A stretch of 64,000 nt of DNA from Camelus dromedarius. Its lineage: Eukaryota. Shown here one piece after another: positions 16,855 through 27,601 of this stretch. Position 1 is the first letter of the stretch, and each line of letters begins with the position of its first letter. Below the pieces are notes generated by a model. That model did no database searches. It was not told the origin of the DNA and worked only from the letters and a program-made list of their open reading frames with translations. Position numbers and translations under genes: made by a program. The stretch covers positions 28,954,001-29,018,000 of the forward strand of contig NC_087459.1 of the NCBI RefSeq assembly GCF_036321535.1. The letters are read 5' to 3'.

Positions 16855-19800
16855 ATGAGTGGGGGCAAGAAGAAGAGTAGTTTCCAAATCACCAGCGTCA
16901 CCACGGACTATGAGGGTCCAGGGAGCCCAGGGGCTTCAGATCCCCCTGCCCTGCCAGGCCCCACCGGGCTCCAGCCCCGCCTGCCCAATGGGGAGCCCAA
17001 CCCTGAGCCAGGGGGCAAGGGCACCCCCCGGAACGGCTCCCCACCGCCTGGGGCCCCCGCCTCCCGTTTCCGGGTGGTGAAGCTGCCCCAAGGCCTGGGA
17101 GAGCCTTATCGCCGGGGCCGCTGGACATGTGTGGATGTTTACGAGAGAGACCTGGAGCCCCCTAGCTTCGGCCGGCTCCTGGAGGGAATTCGAGGGGCCT
17201 CAGGGGGCACCGGGGGCAGATCTTTGGATTCCAGGTTGGAGCTGGCCAGCTTGGGCCTGGGCGCCCCTATCCCACAGCCAGGCCTGTCTCAGGGCCCCAC
17301 CTCCTGGCTCCGCCCGCCCCCCACCTCCCCTGGACCTCAGGCCCGCTCCTTCACCGGGGGTCTGGGCCAACTGGCAGTGCCTGGCAAGGCCAAGGTGGAG
17401 ACACCCCCTCTGTCGGCCTCCCCACCCCAGCAGCGCCCCCCAGAGCCCGGGACAGGGGATAGCACGGGCACTTCCCGGGCCGCCACACCCCTGCCCTCAT
17501 TGAGGGTAGAAGGGGAGGCAGGGGGCTCAACAGCGGGAACCCCTCCACTGTCCCGTGCAAAGGATGGAGCCTTGCGGCTGAGGATGGAGTTGGTTGCTCC
17601 GGAGGAGATGGGGCAGGTAAGAGCTGGGTTCCAGGGTTGGGGAGACACCTGAGGGGTGGTGCTTGTCCATCTCGACCTTGGCCTCCACATCCATACTGCC
17701 CTCTCCCTGCTCCAGCGTCACCTGTCTGTCAGATCAGACAGCTCCTCTTTTTCCTGCCTGCCATCTCACTTAGAAGTTCATTCCTACTCCTCACATGGTC
17801 CTTGTTTTCTCTCTTAGGTTCCTTCTTCCCCACATTCTACACTTTCTTTCTCTTTGGCCTTTGATTTGTTGCTTTTGGTCCAAGTCTCCATCAGGTAGCC
17901 CAGTCCCGTCTCTCCATCATGGAGATGTGACTTCTTCCCTTTGGCCTTCATCTTCTGTCTTGGCCTCACTTCTTCAGGCATTCAGGGATAGAGGCCCCAG
18001 GCAGGGCTAGGGTGGTTGGGCTTTTGGGAGGGGAGCTGCCAGGGTTGGAGGTGAGGGGTAAAAAGTTGGCATTCCACTGTAAATCTCTCCTTTGTAGTCC
18101 CATGTCCAAGTGCGGTGGGCAACGGCAGGCCAGGGTGGGGAGAGGTCTTCCTTCTTTCTTCTTGTCATCCATCCCAGCCCCATCTCCAGCTTTGTCCAAA
18201 GTCAAATTTCTCAGAGACATTGAGGAATTGAGTTGGGGTGAGGGGACCCTTTACAAGGGTTTGGCTGGTTCATCCTTTCTACCCCAGTTGTCTATCTCAG
18301 TTCCCTGCATCTGGGCCTCTCCAGGATCAATCACTGAGGGTGGCCACCATGGAGTGGGAGAGAGGTGGGAAGCAGCCGAGAAAGACAAATCCTTTGCTCT
18401 TTCTGCTTCCTGTCTCCAAAAGAGGAACAAGTCTGGGCTGGGGGGCAGGAGGCCTGGGTCCTTGGGGTGGGGGGCAGGTAGCCAGGGATGTTGGATGTGT
18501 CTGTCCTGAAGGAGAAAATAACACCTTGGACACAGGAGGAAAGGCAGGGGGTGTGAGGATGAGAACTTTCCCCCTTCCTGGCCTTGGGCACAAACCACAG
18601 TATAAAAATAACCTGAGACTGTGTGTCTGGGCCCTGTCAAGACCGGTCAGGACCGGCTCCCCCCACCCCCTCCTTGCCTCAAACTCACATCTCTCATACC
18701 ACCCCCCAACTTTCCTTGAGTTCTTTCATTCAGTTCCTACCCCAGGGGAGAAGATGCTGTTTCCTTTACTGGTCCCTGTCCCCACACTCTTCCAAAGCAA
18801 GCCCTGTTTGCCCCCAACCTTGGCCCTCTCTATCCTTAGGCCCTGCCTGAGCTTCCCTTGGGCCTGCAATCCCTGCCCCTCTTTCCTCTGTGCTCCTAGC
18901 CCCCTTTCCTTCCCTCACACCATGATCTCTTCCTGAGTACATGCATCTGTGCTGCTGTTTCCCTGCCCCAAAGTCTGTCTTCCTTCTATACTCCCCCATG
19001 CCTCTTCTCCTAGGTTACCTCTAACAGGGGCCTGGAGGAGGGCCGGGAGCACTACCTGGGCTCCCTTCCTCTGTGTTGTCCCTCTAACCACCCTGGACTC
19101 TCTGTTCTTGGCTTTTCTGAGAAGCTGGGGCCTCCCGGGGCCTCACAGAAGCGTCTTGTTCCTGTGGCCCCCGCCCTTTTGCAGCCACCCCCAGCGCCTG
19201 TTGGCCTGTGTGGGTCCCCGCCCAGGCTCCGCCTCCCTCCATCCCAGAAACCACTCTCCCCTCATCCCTCCCCACAAGAGCCGACAGCGGGAGCAGAACT
19301 TCACCTGAGTCCGGAGAAGTTTGAGAACGAGAAGCTAGAATGGATAGAGGAGGGTTGGGGGAGGGAGGTGGAGGACCAGTTTCTGAGGATTCATTCATTC
19401 TACAAATAGCTATTGAACAAATTATAAGCTCTGTCCTCTGGAGCTTACCTTCCTGCAGCAGAGAGGCAAAAATACTTTAATTTCAGTAATATTAGATGCT
19501 ATAAAAAAATAGAGTTCAGTGGAATTCACTAGTCAAAGGATGGGGAAGTGCCTCTCTGAGGAAGTGATATTTGAGTCGCTTTAAGAAGTCAAGTGACAGA
19601 AGGCAGACACTCTCTGACTGGCCTCTGATTAGGGGTCCTGGTTCAGGTGGTGGAAGGATTTAGGAGTACAGACCAGAGCCCCTCTCTGGTACCCCATGAG
19701 CCATTTTTTGGAAGCCACTCACCCAGTCCTCAGGATGGTTGCTGTTTCCCTTGCCTCTAATACCTGCCCAATGCCTTCCCCAGAGCTGGGGGAAAGAAGG

Positions 19801-22800
19801 GCTGTAGGGGCAGGATGCCTGGGTCCTAAGTCCTTGTAAGACAGGGGATGTGTGGGGAGAGGTGGGAAGGGAGGAAGACCATTAGGTAAACGGTAAGGTG
19901 GCTGGATCTTTCTCTTGCTCGATGTGATGGTTCCTACCTCTCTATCTCCAGGTGCCCCCACTCGACTCTCGCCCCAGCTCCCCTGCCCTCTACTTCTTCC
20001 CTGATGCCAGTCTGGTTCACAAGTCTCCAGACCCCTTTGGAGCAGCGGCTGCCCAGAGCCTCAGCCTCGCCCGCTCCATGCTGGCCATCAGTGGCCACCT
20101 GGACAGCGATGATGATAGGTAGGTGGGCTCAGGCTCCCCACCCAGCATTTGGGATAGCCGCATGAAACTGCCTGGTGTCCTTCCCCCAACCTGAACTTGG
20201 AGAGGACTTCTTAAACAGAGAAGCCTGGCTTGGGCATAACACACTGGACAGTTGATTTGAGACCTACTCCCTCTCTGTGGAGAGAGCTGGGTGGAACTCC
20301 CTGGCTAGGATTGTCAAATCGTAGACTTTTTTAGAGTTTGAAGGGAGTCATTGTTGTCAAATTCCAGAGCTCTTGCAGATTTAGCGATCATCTGGCCAGT
20401 CCTAAGAATTTACTGGCAAATGTGCTGGAGAGGAGAATAGGGAGTCAGCCACCTCCCAGTTCTCCCTCTCCCTATGGAGGGCAATGGGATGCCTGTCTTT
20501 AGAGGTAACATCTTTATAGTCCATGCCAACTACTTTAGGATCCCGGGACCTCTAGTACCAAGAAAGCATGTCTCTAAGGTTTTGTTCTCTGCACTAGGAT
20601 CACCAAGGGGGCTGAGCCCTCCCCTGCAGCCAAGGCCAAGCCAAAGCTATGGCGAGGTGGGCTATTGGTGGCAGGGAAGGCATAAGAGACCAGGATCTGC
20701 TGAGGTTTGCCCTTCAGGGGAGAATGCCCTGTTCATGGCACGGTGGGCAGAACTTCCTGTTTCGAGGGCCAGGTTTCAACACAGGAGTGTCAGCAAGCTG
20801 AAGGGAGGAACAAAATCGCAAGTCAGATAGCCAAGCTGCTCCCTTCTGCCTGTGGACTGCTAGGAACCCACGCGAAGTGCCAGGGAGTCGCCCCTTTTAT
20901 TTTGGAGGGAGGAGTGGGACTTCCTGTTTGCAGCCCTCGGTGGGGAGGGACTTCCTGTTTGGAAGGCAGTAGGGGGCGGGGCTTAGTGGGTTCTGGGGGC
21001 CCTAGTCTGGAGGGGCGGAGGGGCGTCTCTCCTTCCTGCCTTCAACTCTCATGGCGCCACCCTCCCCAGAATCAGGGACTGAGTCCCACCAAAGAAGAGG
21101 GTCTGGGGCCTTGAGAGATAGCCGGGAGCCAGAGAGGAGAGGGAGTGATAGGAGGCGATGGGATGGAGGGCCAGGGGCCTGGTCCGGGGCGTGGGGAATG
21201 GAGGACAGAGCAAGGCTGGGCACAGCCGCTTCTGGGCTCCTTGCTCTAAGGAATGTGTGAGGTGTGAGGTCGGCCAGGGCCGAGAGAGTCACCTGCCCTC
21301 ATCGCTGCTATTCTCAGCACTTCCCACCCGCTCCCCCTCCCACTTGGGAGGTTCCCTGGCACAGGGCTCGCGTCCCTCCCCCACCCCTGTTGATTTCAGA
21401 GGCCAGCCTCCTGCTTTCTCTTAGAGAGTTTTGCCTCCAGAAGCCTCCGCAGCTCTGTTCTTTTTGGCTTGTCCCCTCCCTCCCTTCCTCCTCCTGTCCC
21501 ACCCCCTCGAACACCCCAGTCTGACCGGTCCGCCTCCCAGCCTCCACTTTACCCTGCTGAGCTCCAAGCCTCTGGGGCTTAAGCCCAGCCCAGCCCCTTC
21601 TGCTCCACCCTGCTGGGCCAGAGGATTTGGGCTGGGCCACCTCCTTGGCCCCCTGGAATGGGGCATGTAGCCCCCACCGCACCTCTCTTGTGTGCCCAGA
21701 GCTGGCAGAACAGGGTCTAAGTGGCATGAACCCTCCCTTTTGAGAGGGAAGGTGTGTTGGGGTGTTAAGTGCCTGAATCTCAAAGCTGGGGATACCTGAT
21801 CAATCCTAGAGTCTGGGGATAGGAGAACAGAGGGTGCATGGTAAGTTCAAGCTGGTCACACGCTCCTGGGTTGCCAAGAACCTTCATGTCCCCAACAGGG
21901 TCTGGCAGTTGGGAGGTACTTGAATAAGTTGATGGATGGGTGAGGGGATGGTTGGATGGCCCACATGGGGGATCCAGGCATTATACAGAATGAATTCCAG
22001 GAACTCAGGAAAGAAAATGTACATTTATTTATCCAGTGCTTCCTTGGGGTCAGGTGCTACCTCTTATCTCACATAATCCTAAGAGCAACCCCATGATCCC
22101 CACTTCCCAGATAAAGAAACTGAGACGCTGAGGAGGAAGATTCTAGAAACTTGCCTAAGGTCACCCAGCTAGTAAGTGGCAGGACTGCTGTCGGAGCCTA
22201 GGTCTGACCCCAAAGCCATATTCTCTCCACTTTCCTACTGGGATGCCTGTGTCCCAAGAGAAGAGGAGGAGGCAACCATCTCTGGGATGCCCTTTCTCTC
22301 CAGGACAGAAGCAGAGACAGCTCTCCCAATCCAGGCAAGGAGCCATCTTCCCCTCCTCCCTGCCCCGGTCCCGCCCCAAAGGCACCACAGATCCGGGAGG
22401 GAGTGTAGACAGGGCAGCCGGATGCCACTTTGTTGGCCTCAGGCCCAGCCCCTGGGGGCTCCTCAAAACACAGTGAGGGAGCAGGGCTGGCCCTTGTTCC
22501 CAGGATCAGAACCTCCCCACCTCTCCCAGGTGTCCTGCTTCTTTATCTTATCCTCATTTTGAGGCTGTTTCCTTTGACCTTCAAAAAGGAAGACCAACCT
22601 CTACCGCTGTCCTTGTCCCAGGACCTAAGAGTCCTGCAGGGCCAGAGCCCCCTGTTGTGCACGTCTCACACTGCACAGCTCCAGGGGGCGCCACTTACAT
22701 TTGAAGTCACTGTCGACACTTGAAGTCATGACAGTTTTCTGGAAGATGGCAATAAGTGTCTTGAAGAAGGGGGCATTTTGTTCTCTGACAAAGTTGCTTT

Positions 22801-24228
22801 GAGTTCTTGTGTGAAAGCTGATCTCATCCAGTCAACCCCAGGCTTCCTGCTCCTGACCCTGCTCAGGGATTCCAGTACAGTGCTGGTCCAAACAGAGGGC
22901 TTGGGTTGCCAGAGTCCTGGTCCCTTGAAGTGTTAATGTTAGAATGTGACAGCGGAAAAGTGCTGTCGAAAACTCTCCAGCGCTAGATAAACAGGAGATA
23001 ATCATCTTTTAGCCAACAAATGTTTATTGTTGTCTTATTCCTTTATTTCTGGCCAGCAGGAACAACTTAGTTGGCATCTTTACTGAGCATCCGCCAAGCA
23101 AGGCCAGTGTTCCTGTTCCTGTGAACCTGCCCCTCTTTGGTCTCTGTGTGTCCTGGGGGAGGGGGGACTCTGTGACACCCAGTCTCCACCCCAGTGTCTC
23201 AGATTGAAATAGCTTGAAAACTGTTTTGACTCTTCAGCTGGCTGGCCCGCCCTCCACTCAAACTTGTCCTCTCCCCCCAACCCCAGGAGTCCCAGATGTC
23301 CTTGCCCCAGCCCACCCTGTCCTGCTCTCTCAGGCCTGGTCACCCTCTTGGTTATTCCACCTGTCAGCGCCTTCTGCACCCAGAGCCTGGATGGGAAATG
23401 GAAAATTCCCAGTGCCCTCGTTCTCCCTTCCTTGCTGCAGGGCCTCATCCAAGGGTCACCTTGGATTGAGTGCTAATTCCCCCCACAGGGAAGCAGGTTG
23501 GAACTGACAACTAGGAGAGAGGGCTTGATAAGGGAGCACAAGGGTTGGGGCCGCCTTCTCGGAGAGGGGTGAAGCGGGGGGCTGGAGATCAGGACTGATG
23601 CTCCTGCAGTACTGGGGGGCATGGGTGGAGGGCTGGCCCTGGGGCTGGGGCAGCTGAGGCAGAAGCTGGACAAGGGTGGGTGGTGAGACATGGGGTGAGG
23701 CAGGAACATGGGCTGAGTGGTGGGGAGAGGGAGCCTTGGAGGATAGGACAGGGTGCAAAGGACTGTGCAGGCCCTGGGCCACAGAGAGACAGGCTTGAGG
23801 GAGAGCCAGGTACAGGACCCAGAGACTGGCTCTGGGGACCGTTGAGCCAGGCCTGAGTCGACCTCTGGTGGCCACTTAACAAACTGCAGCCAGACCCGCT
23901 CTCCCTGTCTTCCGCTCCCAGGGGTCTTCAAAGCCCCTGCTCCTGGTCCCAGTATCCCACCTGCAGACTCACCGTCCCATCCTCTCCTCAAGCTCTTGTG
24001 CCCTGCGAGGCCCCAGACACCAGACTCCGGTCCCAGGCTCAGACTGTGCTTGTCTTGTAGGCTCGGTCTCCGTTGCCATGGTAACCTTTTTCATTCCTCC
24101 TCACCCTTACCATGGGAGATGGGGGACCCTCTAGCTAGGCCCCATGGATCACCTGTGATATGGGCTTTGTGTTTTGGGGAGATGCTCATAGTCCCAAGAA
24201 GACTGCAGGCACATTAGAGACACCCCCT

Positions 24229-24268
<40 letters not shown>

Positions 24269-25924
24269 CCCATCAGCGCCACTCACTTTCTTCCCTCCCA
24301 GCTGGGAGCAGCTGCAGCCTCGAGGGAGGCCAGTGTTCATCCAGAGGGGTCAAGATGGGGTCAGAGGTGGGAAGAGGCTTCCCAGGAGCAGTCTCTCCCT
24401 CACCCTTCACACCCCTCCCTGGCCCAGGCCTCTGGCCCCGCAGCCCCTCCTCCATCCCGGCCCACCAGCTGACTTTCCTCAGCCGGCCCCCTCCCCTCTG
24501 CTCTGGGATTGGTGCCAGGGTGAGAAGGGGACACTGGCACTGACCGTGTCTGGGAATTCCCGCCCACCATGGAGCTGGCGGGAGGGGGTCCCCGTGTCCC
24601 TGAGGAGCCAATAGCAGCCAGGCTTTGCCCTGTGGGGTGGTGTATATCTTTCAGGCCAGCACCCCCTAGGCACCATCTCCTTTCTGCCTGCCTGGCACCA
24701 GCCAGACTCTACTCTGCCCGGGGGGCTTTGAGCCCCCCAGGCAGTCCTGATATAGCCTTCTCCCTCTGGGGAGGCCTGAGGACCCTTTCCCCTTGGGGAT
24801 GGCCCAGCCAGGGGTCTCTGTCAAGTCCCTGGTGTCCTCATATGAGACCCGGGTAGTGGGGATGGCTCCAGGGCCTCCCCGGAAAAGGGGCTGTGTCTCC
24901 TCTCCTTGCTCCCCTCGGGGAGCATCCCCCATCCGAGGGCCATCTGGACCCCCACCCTACCGGGGCCCAGGGGGGCCCGGACAGCGGCCCTCACCCCGCC
25001 GGGGGATGGACAAAACCCTTCTCTCCCTGATTCTCTACTGTCACAGGTACAGGCAGGGATGTGGGTGGGAGGCTGCAGTGAATGGGGCTTGTGGAGGAGG
25101 CCAGAGCCTGCTCTGAGAAGCACCTGGAAGGCAGCAGGCTGGGGTATCCAGACACCTGGCTTGGCACCTGCTCCTCCTCTTCCTCCTGCTCCTCCTCCTC
25201 CTCACCTCTCGTCTCCCTGTGTCTCTCCAGTGGCTCCGGAAGCCTGGTTGGCATTGACAACAAGATCGAACAAGCCATGGTAAGAGAAGCCATTCTGGTC
25301 CTAGCAGGTCCCAGCTCACGTGCTGAATCCCAGGCCCTGCGTCCATTAGCCGGCCCAATGCTCCATCCCTGCTGTCCTCATTATTAGGGAATACTGACTC
25401 CCAGCTCCTCAGCCTGCTCCTAGTTGAGTTCCTGCACCCCCTTGCCTCCACCTGAGCCCTTTACGTTTCTTGGTTCCCACCCTGGCTCCTGGCCCCCATG
25501 TCTGTCTTTGGCCCTGGCCTTCCCTCTGTCCAGCATCCATGCCCACCTTCATACCCCACGCCCTGTCCCTTCCCTGTTTTACTTCTTCCCCAGTGGTCCC
25601 CCATCATCTGGGAGCAGGAGGCTCTCTCACACCCAGCTCCTCAAGGCACTGGGCAGGTGATGAGGTTGGGGTGGCCTGGGACCCCTGACGTTTTGCCTGT
25701 CCCTGGACCCCCAGGATTTGGTGAAGTCCCACCTCATGTTTGCGGTCCGGGAGGAGGTGGAGGTGCTGAAGGAGCAGATCCGGGACCTGGCTGAGCGGAA
25801 TGCCGCGCTGGAGCAGGAGAATGGACTGCTGCGTGCCTTGGCCAGCCCCGAGCAGCTGGCCCAGCTGCCTTCCTCCGGGGTTCCGCGGCTTGGGCCCCCG
25901 GCGCCCAACGGGCCCTCCGTCTGA
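16855..25924 (+). CDS. TSC22D4: TSC22 domain family member 4, long isoform (395 aa); coding exons 16855-17616, 19952-20118, 25231-25279, 25715-25924
   Basis: N-terminal motifs [15 protein letters not shown] and RFRVVKL...[14 protein letters not shown] box and leucine zipper [52 protein letters not shown] junctions with phases 0,2,0 sum to 395 codons plus stop. Confidence 0.98.
22060..22210 (-). mobile_element. MIR fragment
   Basis: cagataaagaaactgagacg...cttgcctaaggtcacccagctagtaagtggcag. Confidence 0.7.
24072..24085. promoter_or_regulatory. RFX X-box in TSC22D4 intron 3
   Basis: GTTGCCATGGTAAC. Confidence 0.6.
24231..24266. repeat. (AC)18 microsatellite
   Basis: Directly visible, in TSC22D4 intron 3. 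Confidence 0.95.
24799..25046 (+). CDS. TSC22D4: Putative alternative first coding exon of TSC22D4 ([18 protein letters not shown]...[13 protein letters not shown]|S), giving a 168-aa short isoform
   Basis: Strong Kozak gggATGg, 82 open codons, then CACAG|GTACAG donor in phase 2, matching the phase-2 acceptor at 25231. The C-terminal end resembles the long TSC22D3 isoform exon as recalled. Confidence 0.7.
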
Positions 25925-26345
25925 GCCTCCCTTCCCTCACAATGTGCCTTTGGGGGCTGCCACAGCTGCTGGGCCCTGCGCCAGCTGCCTGCCCCCTCTT
26001 CCTATGCAGCTTTAATGCCCCCGATCCCCAGGGATGGGAGTTGAAGGCTCAGAGGTGGCCTGCCCCTCACCCTTCCTTGATCTCCCAATAGTGCCCAGGG
26101 ACTGGGTTGGGACATCCCCGGGCATCGATGGAGGAAGGAGGGCATCAGGACGGGGTGTTAGATGGAGCCCTTCTTCCTCCCTCCCTAGGTGTCAGTGCTC
26201 TGGGACCCCTGGCAGTAGATGGCTTGAGGGAGTTGGAGGCTCCCTGGCAGACACCCCATCCCCACCTTGTTCCCTCGAGTGCCCCCCTCTCCTCTGAGGG
26301 GAGGGAATATGGACAGTGTCTGGAAGTTCTGGGATTCAGGTTGTT

Positions 26346-26369
26346 ATTAAAATAATAATTATAATTAAA
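26346..26369 (+). terminator. TSC22D4 poly(A) signals (two ATTAAA)
   Basis: ATTAAA at 26346-26351 and 26364-26369 in an AT-rich patch about 420 nt after the stop. Confidence 0.7.
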
Positions 26370-27601
26370 AAATCCGAAGAAACTTGAATCTGGAGGTTGG
26401 CATCTCATTGCTTGTGTCCAGAGGGACCTGCACCAACAGTGTCCACATGTGGGAGAAAAACCCAGTCTCCGGGCTCCCCTGGAGGTTTTGTCCGGCCTGG
26501 GGAGGTCTAACGTGGCTCAGAGTGGAGGTGCGGGAAGACAAGGGAGCCAGCGTCCTGGGTCCTGGGAAGGGGCAGGCGAGGCGAGGCAGAGGGAGTGGAG
26601 GGGGAGGGGGGCGTCGGCCCACGTGCTGGTGGGGGACAGGGAAACAATGAGGCCTTTGGTGATTGTGCCGGATCCACCCCCAACTTCCCAGCGTGTCCCC
26701 TCTGCGGGCTGGATCCGGGTGGTTGCTTGGGGGCGGGGCGGGGGGCCTTGAATGGGCGCCTTGTCTGAGCGCTGGGTGTGGGCCAGGCTCCCTGGGCACA
26801 CGGTGCCCTCGCCAGGCCTGGCTAGCCTCCGTGGCTTCCACCCCCAGCTGGCTGAGGATGGGGCCCTGTGGGTGAGCAGTCCCCTCCTTGACAGCCTCGG
26901 CTTGGCTCCCAGGCAGAAGAGGCAGGTAGGGAGAAGGACCCCATCTAGTGGGGAAGGGGGGAAAGCAGCAGCCTCCACTTCAGGAGAACCCTGGAGACGG
27001 GGACCTGCGGAGAGCAGGATACTGGAGGCCGGCCTGGGTTGGACTCCCGCCCTGGGGCTCCCAAGATTTACAAGACTTACGACTTGGGCAGATTCTTTGG
27101 TTTTTCTGAATCTTGTCTTCCTCATGGGTAAAATGGCACTGATGGTAATACCTACCTGACGGGCAACTGGGAGGGTTACATGACACACATGGGAAATGCC
27201 CAGTGAGTACCAGGTGCTCAGTAAATGTTAGGTTCCCTTCCCTGGATCTGGGGGAAGAAAGGTGAAGGTGAAGGGATTGGCTCTGGGGGTTTTGGAAAGG
27301 CCTCGGGGGTTGGGGTCAGGGCCAGGCAAGCTCTCACAATGGGCTAGAATTCTCCCTCCCTCTGGGTTCTCATCCACTTTTGACTCCTCTCCCTGTCCCA
27401 GGGAGGGGAGGAAGGGCCTAGGGTGAGTCACTGTGGGGATCTTTCCTCCTGGATTCTCTATTTCTTTCTTCACTGCTGTGCTTGAAGCTCCCGAAAGACC
27501 CCTTAGGTGGCGGCCATTGGCCTGCAGCCTGTCCCCCTCCCCTTCCCTACTGAACTAAATGCTGATTCTGCCCCCTACCTGGGGCTTGTGTATCTGGAGA
27601 G

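Noticed and set aside
24741-25046. The alternative TSC22D4 exon as an internal cassette spliced from exon 3
   Set aside because: The nearest acceptor (24740/24741) is weak and leads to TGA at 24748-24750 in frame, so only a first-exon role yields protein.
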